Below, piece by piece: positions 8,412 through 16,812 of a stretch of 26,869 bases of DNA; position 1 is the stretch's first letter; the number at the start of each line of letters is the position of its first letter. Origin of the DNA: a virus (Duplodnaviria; Caudoviricetes); IMG/VR virus record IMGVR_UViG_3300032233_001657, positions 1-26,869 of that record. One strand, written 5' to 3'. The notes under the pieces are model-generated. The model did not search any database. It was not told the origin of the DNA and worked only from the letters and a program-made list of their open reading frames with translations. A program made the translations under genes and the position numbers.

Positions 8412-9364
8412 ATCTTTTTAGATTCCACATAATTGTCAATGAAATTAATTCGTTGACCAATCCAATACATAACGTTGACAGTCATTGAATTACCAATGGC
8501 CCCTTTAACGGAAGAATAACTTGGTTTTTTACCGTTAATTTCAAAATCAAGGTAACCATCAGGAAACCCTTGTAATCTTTCTAATTCACGTTCAGTAAAC
8601 CTTCTAATACCTTCTTTATCCGCCCAATAGTTTGATGTTGATACTTTACCAAAACCATCGACCAATGTTTGAGCATAAGATTTAGTTACCGTACCAGCGA
8701 GTTTAATTTGTCCAAGAATATTTTGGGTGTACTCATCCCTCTTGATTCTATTCTTTTCTTCAACGCTTTCAAAACATCCTTGCTCAAATAATACTGAGAA
8801 TGGGATTTTCCAGTTTTTTCCACGATATCCGACAATATAGATTCTTTTGCGTCGTTGGGGAACTCCGAAGTATTGGCTGTCGAAAACCCTATAAGCGATT
8901 GAGTATTCTTCACCTTGGACAACACCTTGTTTGTCAAGACTTTCTGGTTTGAAGTCAACACCTGTGAAAGAGGAGATGATTTCACATAAGGATTTTTTGT
9001 GTTTATCTTTAAAAACGCCCTCGACGTTTTCCCAAATGAACCATCTTGGTCGTTTTTCTTTAAGAATTCTTCCATACTCAAGGGAGACTCTACCACGGAT
9101 GTCATCCATTCCTTTGTTGAGTCCGGCATCGGAAAAAGATTGACAAGGCGTTCCTCCGACCAATAAGTTGAATTTGATTTTTTTGTAGCTTTCATGCTCG
9201 TTTAGTTTAGTGATGTCTGAAAATAAATTTGTACTTGGATAATGATGAGATAATACTTTTTGTGGGAAGGATGCAAAATCACAAAGACCCACACATTCCC
9301 AATCTAATGGCGACCAAGCTACGGTAGCGGACTCAATACCGCTACACACGGAAAAATACTTCAT
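8390..9364 (-). CDS. DNA (cytosine-5) methyltransferase, main (alpha-like) polypeptide
   Basis: SVCSGIE (motif I), GGTPCQSFS (IV), WENV (VI), FGVPQRRKRIYIVG (VIII), RRFTERELERLQGFPD (IX) and IGNSM (X). Confidence 0.92.
   Translation of the reverse strand: MKYFSVCSGIESATVAWSPLDWECVGLCDFASFPQKVLSHHYPSTNLFSDITKLNEHESYKKIKFNLLVGGTPCQSFSDAGLNKGMDDIRGRVSLEYGRILKEKRPRWFIWENVEGVFKDKHKKSLCEIISSFTGVDFKPESLDKQGVVQGEEYSIAYRVFDSQYFGVPQRRKRIYIVGYRGKNWKIPFSVLFEQGCFESVEEKNRIKRDEYTQNILGQIKLAGTVTKSYAQTLVDGFGKVSTSNYWADKEGIRRFTERELERLQGFPDGYLDFEINGKKPSYSSVKGAIGNSMTVNVMYWIGQRINFIDNYVESKKILKFKKI
8686..9195 (-). CDS. Nested +1-frame ORF, putative beta subunit of the C5 methyltransferase
   Basis: 169 stop-free codons with an ATG start. 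The C-terminal SEFPNDAKESILSDIVE...YYLS...KRIESRG...P resembles the LxDxLE...YYLS segment of C5-MTase variable regions. Confidence 0.65.
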   Translation of the reverse strand: MKATKKSNSTYWSEERLVNLFPMPDSTKEWMTSVVESPLSMEEFLKKNDQDGSFGKTSRAFLKINTKNPYVKSSPLSQVLTSNQKVLTNKVLSKVKNTQSLIGFSTANTSEFPNDAKESILSDIVEKTGKSHSQYYLSKDVLKALKKRIESRGMSTPKIFLDKLNSLVR

Positions 9365-9388
9365 GTTGTTTATTGTTTAGTGATGAAA

Positions 9389-9419
9389 CAAAATTAAGTA
9401 TTAATTATGAAATTCCAAA
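9389..9419 (-). promoter_or_regulatory. Bacteroidota-type promoter, perfect consensus (TTTG-N19-TAATTTTG)
   Basis: Exact -33/-7 match upstream of the methyltransferase ATG at 9364. Confidence 0.65.
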
Positions 9420-9460
9420 AAAAATAAGAATATATTTTTAATTAAAATATATATTGAAAA

Positions 9461-10855
9461 TCAATTAGTTATGATTGAATATTTTTCTTTTTTCCACTCA
9501 ATATTTGTGTGATGTTTAAATCTTGAGGTTAAAATTATAGTCGCATCATTAAAAATTTTATTGACTGGTGTATTGGCCTTTCCAAATGATTGGATTAGGT
9601 GTCCTTTTCGATATTGTAGATTGATTCTTTTCCGATTAAATTGTATCGCAACAAAAATATAAATGGCTCCGTGTGGAAACTGTTTTGACATACAGTTTTT
9701 CATTTTGTGACCCTCAATTCTAAAGTCATCCTCATTCAATATTAATTTTGGTTTAAAGACTTCACCATCAATTACGATTTCTCTTTCAATGTCATTAATA
9801 AATTCTTCAGGTAAATTGTATTTTAACTTATACCCTCTTGAAAAGTGTCGTTTAATTCCAGACCAATTCTCATATAAATTATCAAAGTCTCCATCGTTTT
9901 TTGATGTGTATTTTAAATCAATACCCTTTTGTTCTAACTGTTCCCTTATTGTGAATAATTTATTTAAGGAGTATATTAATGAATCTGTTTTGATGCTCTC
10001 GGTCTCCCATTTATTTATGGTTAGAACCATGTAATTTTTTTCCGAGTCATTTTTTAAATAATGTAACTTTTTATTTGGAACATTTTCATAACAATGTCGA
10101 TCCCAATTAATTTGTTTTAAATAATCAATATAGTTTTCTCCAAATAATTTACATAAATAATTAAGTGAACCTATTTGTATTTTTCTGCTAAAATTTTTAT
10201 TTAATTCACCAATTAGGTATTTAGATTTTATCCCATAAGAGTCCAAAATTGATGGTAGAAATTTATAATCATTTTTAATTAACCATTTCTTTTTTGGGTA
10301 TTCGGTTTGTATATCATCATATACACCATCATGTCCTTTAATTCCTTTCATATCTAAATGAAAATCAACAATTAATGTATATAAATTAAACACATCTGAA
10401 TCGGGTTGATAGTTTTTGTTTATTAAAAAGTCAGATTTAAATTTAACTCTTAGTAAATTTAAAATAATATTAAACATATTTTCAATCGACCTATTATATT
10501 TTACTCCCCAATATCCTTTTCTTTTTTCTCCACGAACATATCCATTCTCAATTAAATCATGTAACATACTAAAATCATTTCTCTTGGTTTTAGTGGTTGT
10601 TTTGAATATACGTTCATTTGTTAATCCATCATTTATTATATCATATTTCACATTGATATCTCCATTGTTTGTGTCAATTTCCAACATGTGTTCAAATGTT
10701 ACGTGTTTCCTGTTACCATACCTCTGATAATTAAATTCAAAAACTGCCGAATATATAATTGTACTTCCATCGTAAAATAATTTTAAACTACAAGTTGAGT
10801 TACCATCACTATTTTTTTCCGACTTTTCTTGATTGTGTTTAAATAAAAAATCCAT
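9461..10855 (-). CDS. PcfJ-like domain protein (paralogue 1)
   Basis: C-terminal DFRIEGHKMKNCMS...QSFGKAN. Shares internal blocks with 10892-12712. Confidence 0.7.
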   Translation of the reverse strand: MDFLFKHNQEKSEKNSDGNSTCSLKLFYDGSTIIYSAVFEFNYQRYGNRKHVTFEHMLEIDTNNGDINVKYDIINDGLTNERIFKTTTKTKRNDFSMLHDLIENGYVRGEKRKGYWGVKYNRSIENMFNIILNLLRVKFKSDFLINKNYQPDSDVFNLYTLIVDFHLDMKGIKGHDGVYDDIQTEYPKKKWLIKNDYKFLPSILDSYGIKSKYLIGELNKNFSRKIQIGSLNYLCKLFGENYIDYLKQINWDRHCYENVPNKKLHYLKNDSEKNYMVLTINKWETESIKTDSLIYSLNKLFTIREQLEQKGIDLKYTSKNDGDFDNLYENWSGIKRHFSRGYKLKYNLPEEFINDIEREIVIDGEVFKPKLILNEDDFRIEGHKMKNCMSKQFPHGAIYIFVAIQFNRKRINLQYRKGHLIQSFGKANTPVNKIFNDATIILTSRFKHHTNIEWKKEKYSIITN

Positions 10856-10877
10856 ATAAGAAATATATATGGATTTT
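10847..10877 (-). promoter_or_regulatory. 12-bp perfect inverted repeat covering the ATG of 9461-10855 (hairpin or terminator)
   Basis: Plus strand reads AAAATCCATATA-agaaata-TATATGGATTTT. On the minus strand the stem runs into a U-tract. Confidence 0.5.
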
Positions 10878-10891
10878 ATTACATTGTGTAG

Positions 10892-12712
10892 TTAAAATGG
10901 AACAGGGTTCCTTAACCCGAGGTCGCCCCACAAATCATTTACACGTCTTGGTTCTCTATCTTCCACCACAATTTCGACTCCGTTTATCTTAACAGGAACT
11001 CGTTTTTGTTCTAATGAATGTAATAAACCAATTCTAGCATAATATTCTGTTTTGTCTCTAAGTTCTTCTATTGCCAACTCCATTTCTGGTGGTGGTTGTT
11101 TATTACAAAAATGTTTGGCTTGAATTAGTTTTCCTGTTTGACAATCGAACTCACAAGTTGTTCTATCAGAACCGTCTTTAGTTCGAATAGAAATGATTAT
11201 TGACGATTTCTTATCTGAATATGTTGCAACACAATGATGCATAAATGAACCCTCTTCATCATATTCTTCATCTCTCTTTAAAATATACGGATAAAATATA
11301 TCTAATGTTTGTTCACCATCAGGTAATTCTATCTCAACATTAATTGGTTTTTCAACCTCCAATATCATTCTATCTACAAATATATATTCGGTCACCCACC
11401 CTTTTTTTATTAAGGATATTTGTTTTGATAATTCTCTATGTTCACCTTTAAACTCAATATAGGTTCTTGCCCTCATTTGTAAATCAGAAGTATATTTGCG
11501 TAACTTTTTTATCATATTAAAATGGTCTAAAAGTTCATGTTGTACAAAATCAAAATCAATAAATTCACTGCTATTAATAATTTTAACAATATTTTCTTTT
11601 TCGTTATCTGACAATATATATCCGTGCGTACTTTTATCTTTAATGAACATATTTTTTGTTGGGATATAATCTTTCATTTTTTCTACGTTACTTTTCTTAA
11701 AAAACTTCGGATTAATATTACCAACATATTTGGAATATTTCTCACCAAACAAATAACACAAAATACTTAATCCGAAGATGTCTAATTTTGTGTTGTCGTG
11801 TATTAATTTAATGGTTATTTTAGATTTAATTTTAAACATATCTAAAATAGATGCCATTAGTTTCCTTTCATTTTTTTTAAGATGTTTTTCCGTGGGATAA
11901 AAATTTTCAATCCAAAATTCGTAATTGTTTGATACTTTAATTTTTTTAACGTAGACAAATTTGGTCATTATCTTATTAAAAAAATCTTTACTAAAATGGT
12001 CTAACCCCAATGAATCTATAGCTACGTTTTGAAATTCTACATCATTAAACGATTCGTGGTACAAGTCATAGACATTAGAATTCTCGTTAATGTCTTTTTT
12101 TTCAAATAATCCACTGGTTTTTAATAATATCTTTTTTAATGAACTAAAACTATTTGTTCTAAACTGTTTCTTGGCAGGTAGTTTACTTCCTTTACTAATA
12201 AATAACGTGGTGAAATTACCTGTTACTAAATTAAATGTGATTGAAGAAACATTAAACATTTTTTTAAAATAAATTGCGTTTAATTTTCTTCTTTTGAAAC
12301 CCTCATAAATTTTAATTGTAACTTTATCGCCATGTCGTCTTATTGACCTCTCAACGGTATGAATCGTTATATCGGAAAATGGGTTACCAAAATGTCTTTT
12401 GATTTGATTATCTTTTATGGTATCAAATGAATGGTCTTTACCCGAATACAAATAATTTAATTGGAAATTTTCCTGTACCTCATTGTTTTCTGAATGAAAG
12501 TAATGGGTTCTTTTTTTACCTCGTTTTTCGGGTAAACTGAATATAGTTCCTTTTATGTTGGTGCTAGTATTTTCAGCTAAAAATAACCCATCCAACACGT
12601 GTAAACTATCGATAAATGTGTTTATACTGTGATTTTTATCACATAATTTAGAATAATCCTTATAAGGGATAATAGTGGCGTAGTGAAACCTCTGTGTTAA
12701 GATATCTTCCAT
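10892..12712 (-). CDS. PcfJ-like domain protein (paralogue 2)
   Basis: EYDEEGSFMHHCVATY...IISIR...RTTCEF...QAKHFCN, the PcfJ signature EG..M.HCV..Y. Confidence 0.8.
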   Translation of the reverse strand: MEDILTQRFHYATIIPYKDYSKLCDKNHSINTFIDSLHVLDGLFLAENTSTNIKGTIFSLPEKRGKKRTHYFHSENNEVQENFQLNYLYSGKDHSFDTIKDNQIKRHFGNPFSDITIHTVERSIRRHGDKVTIKIYEGFKRRKLNAIYFKKMFNVSSITFNLVTGNFTTLFISKGSKLPAKKQFRTNSFSSLKKILLKTSGLFEKKDINENSNVYDLYHESFNDVEFQNVAIDSLGLDHFSKDFFNKIMTKFVYVKKIKVSNNYEFWIENFYPTEKHLKKNERKLMASILDMFKIKSKITIKLIHDNTKLDIFGLSILCYLFGEKYSKYVGNINPKFFKKSNVEKMKDYIPTKNMFIKDKSTHGYILSDNEKENIVKIINSSEFIDFDFVQHELLDHFNMIKKLRKYTSDLQMRARTYIEFKGEHRELSKQISLIKKGWVTEYIFVDRMILEVEKPINVEIELPDGEQTLDIFYPYILKRDEEYDEEGSFMHHCVATYSDKKSSIIISIRTKDGSDRTTCEFDCQTGKLIQAKHFCNKQPPPEMELAIEELRDKTEYYARIGLLHSLEQKRVPVKINGVEIVVEDREPRRVNDLWGDLGLRNPVPF

Positions 12713-12729
12713 TTAGTTATTAGTTATCA

Positions 12730-12737
12730 CAAATATA
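12730..12737 (-). promoter_or_regulatory. Bacteroidota -7 box TATATTTG
   Basis: Perfect TAnnTTTG 17 nt upstream of ATG 12712. No clear -33 TTTG. Confidence 0.5.
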
Positions 12738-12755
12738 CGAAAATAAATTATAAAA

Positions 12756-12763
12756 TATTTATA
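12756..12763 (+). promoter_or_regulatory. TATTTATA motif upstream of the small basic protein gene
   Basis: Recurring motif, 17 nt before ATG 12781. Confidence 0.5.
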
Positions 12764-12780
12764 AGGATAAATTTAATAAA

Positions 12781-12909
12781 ATGGCAAAAGCAAAAGGTGG
12801 AACGGCTTCAATTAAGAAGACTTTCGGAAAAAGAAAAAAGGGTGTTTATAAAAAGAGTTATGGTCCTAAAGCCCAAAAACCTAAAAAATACCAAGGTCAA
12901 GGTCGTTAA
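12781..12909 (+). CDS. Small basic protein, 42 aa (MAKAKGGTASIKKTFGKRKKGVYKKSYGPKAQKPKKYQGQGR)
   Basis: Hand-translated. A-rich start context, upstream motif, and a C-terminal YxGQGR that I recognise from small phage proteins. Its stop overlaps the thyA stop. Confidence 0.8.
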   Translation: MAKAKGGTASIKKTFGKRKKGVYKKSYGPKAQKPKKYQGQGR

Positions 12910-14024
12910 TTACTTAACAGAGCTTTTATTGGGGGATGTGATTCATATCCTTCCAATAAAATCTGATGGGGTTGTAAATTCTTTATAAACTCATCAAATG
13001 TATCTCTATGGTGTTCAAAGTGTGCTAATACAAGTGGGCTAAAGTTTAGTGTAGGTAAATTTTTATATGGTTCCCTACCAATTTGTTCCTTAGCTTGTTC
13101 TATATGATTAGAATATAAATGAACATCCCCTAAATTACCTATTAAATCTTCTGGCATCATATTAACCTCTCTACCAAGGATTTCTAATAATAAACCATAT
13201 GATGCGATGTTAAATGGTAATCCTAAAAAAGTATCTACTGAACGCTGATTCCACATTAATGATATTGCTCGTTCAGGTATTCTACATGATTGTAACTCTT
13301 CACTTAACCCACCACCAAATGGTGCTAAATCATATACCATTAATTTAAATTTCTCATCACCAACTGTCTTCTTCAATAAATCCCATCTCTCTTCTCCCGT
13401 TAATTTTCTCGTATAAACTTGAAACCCGTAATGGCATGGTGGTAAAACCATTTGGTCTAACTCACCCACATTCCAAGCGTTTACCATTAATCTTCTACTA
13501 TCAGGATTTGTTTTTAGTTCATTGATTAGGTTTGAGATTTGGTCTATATTTTTTGGACTCCAATCTTCTTGCCAAAATTGACTAGTATCCACACTTTCCC
13601 ATTCTCTCCATTGTTTACCATAGATTGATCCTAAATCACCAAAATCTTTTGCAAATTCGTCGTCCTGAAGAACCAATTCTTCAAATTCTTTTACATCTGC
13701 AACATCACCGCAATTATCATATTGTTTTTTTATTTCTTTGGTTTCTCTATAACGTTTATATGCGTCACCTGTCCAAATGTGGCAATCGTTTTCTAAAAGG
13801 TATTTGATATTAGTATTTCCTTTTAAGAACCAAAGTAGTTCTGTTACCATTGTTTTGAACGATACTTTCTTTGTAGTAAGTAAAGGAAACCCTTGTGACA
13901 TTTTATGTTTAATTTGTCTACCAAATACCGATATTGTACCTGTACCAGTTCTGTCCGTTTTTACGACTCCATTATCTAAAATATCTTCTAATAAATCTTG
14001 ATATCTTTTATCTAATCTATTCAT
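12906..14024 (-). CDS. thyA: Thymidylate synthase
   Basis: DRTGTGT, FPLLTTKK, ELLWF, SRR, LPPCH, QRSVD.FLGLPFNIASY and GDVHLYSNH. The likely start is 14024 (the track gives 14033). Confidence 0.97.
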   Translation of the reverse strand: MNRLDKRYQDLLEDILDNGVVKTDRTGTGTISVFGRQIKHKMSQGFPLLTTKKVSFKTMVTELLWFLKGNTNIKYLLENDCHIWTGDAYKRYRETKEIKKQYDNCGDVADVKEFEELVLQDDEFAKDFGDLGSIYGKQWREWESVDTSQFWQEDWSPKNIDQISNLINELKTNPDSRRLMVNAWNVGELDQMVLPPCHYGFQVYTRKLTGEERWDLLKKTVGDEKFKLMVYDLAPFGGGLSEELQSCRIPERAISLMWNQRSVDTFLGLPFNIASYGLLLEILGREVNMMPEDLIGNLGDVHLYSNHIEQAKEQIGREPYKNLPTLNFSPLVLAHFEHHRDTFDEFIKNLQPHQILLEGYESHPPIKALLSN

Positions 14025-14026
14025 GT

Positions 14027-14395
14027 TTACCATTTTGGTATTTCTAATCTTTTTATGTTATCTTGTTCGTCTTGTCTGTTGAAATATTCTTTATGAGCTA
14101 AAATTCTATGAAACACTCTATATGATTGTGGTTCGTAAATTTTTAAATGGTTAACCCCATATTCATATTCAAATATAATTTCTTCATATCTTTTTTCTTT
14201 ACTATCAAAACCATCTGATAGTATTTTATTTTCCATTTGTAATTCGTTAACTAAATTTATTAACGAATCTTCCTTACAGATTGTGGTTACTACCACGGGT
14301 GTGGGTTTATCATTAAAATACATTAACGAAACCAACACACCGAATAGGGATACAATCGCCCCCATTATTAATACACTTCTATCTTTATTCTCCAT
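14027..14395 (-). CDS. Membrane-anchored coiled-coil hypothetical protein
   Basis: Transmembrane segment VLIMGAIVSLFGVLVSLMYF, then a heptad-rich region. The likely start is 14395 (the track gives 14425). Confidence 0.7.
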   Translation of the reverse strand: MENKDRSVLIMGAIVSLFGVLVSLMYFNDKPTPVVVTTICKEDSLINLVNELQMENKILSDGFDSKEKRYEEIIFEYEYGVNHLKIYEPQSYRVFHRILAHKEYFNRQDEQDNIKRLEIPKW

Positions 14396-14396
14396 A

Positions 14397-14585
14397 TTAA
14401 TAAATTTTTTGTATCTGAAATCCAACCATATATTGTAACCATCTAATAGTTAATCCCCATGATGGTGAAGTTTTACCGTCATCTAAGTACTCATCCTTGT
14501 CATAGTAAAATATAATCGCAGGTAAAATATACCAATGATGTTTTTTCTTATAAACAAAAAAATCTTTATAGTACTTATTTAACAT
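14397..14585 (-). CDS. Small aromatic-rich hypothetical protein
   Basis: ORF track; TAATG coupling with the upstream cyclophilin gene. Confidence 0.65.
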   Translation of the reverse strand: MLNKYYKDFFVYKKKHHWYILPAIIFYYDKDEYLDDGKTSPSWGLTIRWLQYMVGFQIQKIY

Positions 14586-15016
14586 TATAATATCTCCATT
14601 GAATTAATAATATCTCTTTCTTGAACTTGATCTATCACTTCTAAACCTTCAATTACTATACCAAAACAAGTGTGGTTTCTATCTAAATGTGATGTGTTGG
14701 TTCGACTATGACAAATAAAGAATTGTGACCCACCAGTATTTCTACCAGCATGTGCCATTGATAACACACCTCTATCGTGATATTGTTTCTCAGCATTTAC
14801 TTCACATGGAATGTTGTAACCTGGTCCACCTGCGCCAGACCCATCTGGACAACCACCTTGGATTACAAAATCTGGAAGTACTCTATGAAAGTTTAATCCA
14901 TTATAAAATCCTTTGCTGATTAAATCTTTAAAGTTATTAACTGTGATTGGGGTTTCGTTATCATATAACTCTACAATCATATCCCCTTTACTTGTTGAAA
15001 TTTTTACTTTGCTCAT
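14585..15016 (-). CDS. Cyclophilin-type peptidyl-prolyl cis-trans isomerase
   Basis: FYNGLNFHRV, FVIQGGCP, LSMAHAG, GGSQFFI and HLDRNHTCFG. Confidence 0.95.
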   Translation of the reverse strand: MSKVKISTSKGDMIVELYDNETPITVNNFKDLISKGFYNGLNFHRVLPDFVIQGGCPDGSGAGGPGYNIPCEVNAEKQYHDRGVLSMAHAGRNTGGSQFFICHSRTNTSHLDRNHTCFGIVIEGLEVIDQVQERDIINSMEIL

Positions 15017-15029
15017 TTGTTTATTTTAT

Positions 15030-15515
15030 TTATTCTGTTATTGTTGTTGAATAATCTCCAACTTCGATTGTTATCGAATTGATACCACCATTAAATTCAT
15101 ACCAAGAATCATTTATGTCTCCCTGATTATACATATCCCATTCACTTGGTGCGAGTTCTTGCTCTTCTTCTGTTAATGGTGAGTCCCACTCAAGGTCATA
15201 AAAACTTGTGTCACCATCTCTTGTCTCAATTAATTCCAAACCACTGAAATCTTCATGAGTCATTTCAGTTATATTTTTGTTTCTTATTAATTTAACTAAT
15301 TGAAAAACATCCATCTCGGTTGTTTTTAGTTCACCACTTCTCCAATTAATATCTGCGGATATTGAATAACTATTACCTTCCCAACCACCACTAACATAAA
15401 GTGTTTCAGTTAAACATTTCCTACCAAATGATAATGTAATAGTTAAACTATCATTATTCATATAGTTTTTTAAATCTCTAATAATTTTAGGATATTGAGT
15501 TGGTTTTCTAGACAT
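15030..15515 (-). CDS. Acidic hypothetical protein
   Basis: 161-aa ORF in operon-like packing. Confidence 0.7.
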   Translation of the reverse strand: MSRKPTQYPKIIRDLKNYMNNDSLTITLSFGRKCLTETLYVSGGWEGNSYSISADINWRSGELKTTEMDVFQLVKLIRNKNITEMTHEDFSGLELIETRDGDTSFYDLEWDSPLTEEEQELAPSEWDMYNQGDINDSWYEFNGGINSITIEVGDYSTTITE

Positions 15516-15516
15516 A

Positions 15517-15696
15517 TCAATTCTTTTTACGGTTTCTAATATAATCTAACACAATGTTAAACGAACCCAAACTAATTGCTCCCCAACCAAAATATTTAAC
15601 TAACTCTGGGTCGGCATTTTTGATACCATATTTCTCCACCAATATTCCCGTTAGTATCATCATTATGTATACGATTTCTCTTATTTTAATCTTCAT
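15517..15696 (-). CDS. Small membrane protein, 59 aa (MKIKIREIVYIMMILTGILVEKYG...FGWGAISLGSFNIVLDYIRNRKKN)
   Basis: Hand-translated. Two hydrophobic segments. First gene after the promoter at 15710-15741. Confidence 0.72.
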   Translation of the reverse strand: MKIKIREIVYIMMILTGILVEKYGIKNADPELVKYFGWGAISLGSFNIVLDYIRNRKKN

Positions 15697-15709
15697 TGTT
15701 AATTTTTTA

Positions 15710-15741
15710 CTAATATAAAATTTTATTTTGATAAATCCAAA
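15710..15741 (-). promoter_or_regulatory. Bacteroidota-type promoter (TTTG-N20-TATATTAG)
   Basis: TTTGGATTTATCAAAATAAAATTTTATATTAG, compared with TTTGGATTTATCGAATAAACATTGTATATTAG at 1045-1076. Confidence 0.62.
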
Positions 15742-15752
15742 TAATTATAGAT

Positions 15753-16118
15753 ATGTCTGTACACATTAATAATAAAACCTTCAATGCTGAGTATCTATCA
15801 ACCCCAGAAGATATTCGTAAGGGTATGATGGGTCGTGAGTCATTGGATGGTTGTATGGTCTTTAAAATGGGTAAGGGACATCATTCATTTTGGATGAAGA
15901 ATTGTCTTATTCCACTTGACATCGTATTTGTCCTTAACAATCGAATCAGTCGTATCCACCCAAACTGTCCCGTTGAAGATTCACATAGAATGACACCTCC
16001 TCATTACACCGGTATTGGTGACCACGTAATTGAATTCCCATCAGGAACATCAGATGGTTGGAGAGTTGGTGACCGAGTTGCTATGTACTTAGGGTCTCCT
16101 CAAAATCCTGTTCGATAG
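15753..16118 (+). CDS. DUF192 family protein
   Basis: KGMMGRESL..GCMVF...SFWMKNCLIPLDIVFV...VIEFPSG. Confidence 0.85.
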   Translation: MSVHINNKTFNAEYLSTPEDIRKGMMGRESLDGCMVFKMGKGHHSFWMKNCLIPLDIVFVLNNRISRIHPNCPVEDSHRMTPPHYTGIGDHVIEFPSGTSDGWRVGDRVAMYLGSPQNPVR

Positions 16119-16779
16119 AGTAAGGTTCAATGTTTGAAAAATCGTATTTAACTTTTGGTTTAGTTTTTTGAAACACCCAAAAATAACTGTGATATTTCCG
16201 TGCATGTTCTTGTTTAGTCCATTTAGTCCCAAAACTATTAATTCTTAAATTTGCAACTAAGACAAACAAATCTTTAGGGTAAAATCCTAACTCCATTGCC
16301 ATGTTCATAACCATTGAGTGGGTAAAATGGTTCTTACCACCTGAAACCGTGTCTTGACATTTGAAAACAACCAAACCATCTTTTTCGGTTATTCTATACA
16401 ATTCCTTCAATGTATTATAATAATTCTTCATTAGATGTCCATAGGTTTCATATCCCTCATAACGTTTAGCAATAATAGAACTACCCTCTTTATTACCTCT
16501 ATATGACTTACCCGCTATTACAAATGGAGGGTCGTACATAATACTCTTCATACTTCCATCCTCAAATGGTAAATGTTCCGAACTTGCCTCAATAATTGTG
16601 TCATTTTTGGGGAATAAATCTGATTTAAACTTTGGTGTTGGGAGTTCCTTCCAAAAATTTCCAGTAGAATAGGTACAATCTAAATCGAAACAATCGATTT
16701 TATGTAACTCCATTATGTTTTTAATCACTTCGTAATTGGTGTTATAAACACTTTTTATCGGTTTGAAGTCTTTTTCCAT
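16081..16779 (-). CDS. Putative amino (N6-adenine/N4-cytosine) DNA methyltransferase
   Basis: SAM-binding-like DLDCTYSTGNFW, catalytic IMYDPPF and VFKCQD. Confidence 0.75.
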   Translation of the reverse strand: MEKDFKPIKSVYNTNYEVIKNIMELHKIDCFDLDCTYSTGNFWKELPTPKFKSDLFPKNDTIIEASSEHLPFEDGSMKSIMYDPPFVIAGKSYRGNKEGSSIIAKRYEGYETYGHLMKNYYNTLKELYRITEKDGLVVFKCQDTVSGGKNHFTHSMVMNMAMELGFYPKDLFVLVANLRINSFGTKWTKQEHARKYHSYFWVFQKTKPKVKYDFSNIEPYSIEQDFEETLST

Positions 16780-16812
16780 TTGTTTTTTAATATTTTTTAT
16801 GTATACTTTAGT

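Noticed and set aside
9430-9452. Inverted repeat ATATATTTT-taatt-AAAATATAT downstream of the PcfJ paralogue
   Set aside because: It is pure A/T, so such repeats are expected by chance, and it is too weak to call a terminator.
12797-12988. 63-aa plus-strand ORF from the track
   Set aside because: The overlapping 12781-12909 frame has an ATG in good context, a recognisable C-terminus, and does not run into thyA.
7584-14395. Transmembrane plus coiled-coil proteins (7584-7868 and 14027-14395) as spanins or paralogues
   Set aside because: The DSL...RYE similarity is slight and there is no associated lipoprotein o-spanin.
3031-14919. Plus-strand ORFs antisense to the minus-strand genes (3031, 3653, 6764, 8021, 8931, 9789, 10416, 12090, 13625, 13777, 14725)
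   Set aside because: They are short shadows of well-supported genes on the opposite strand, with no motifs or expression signals.
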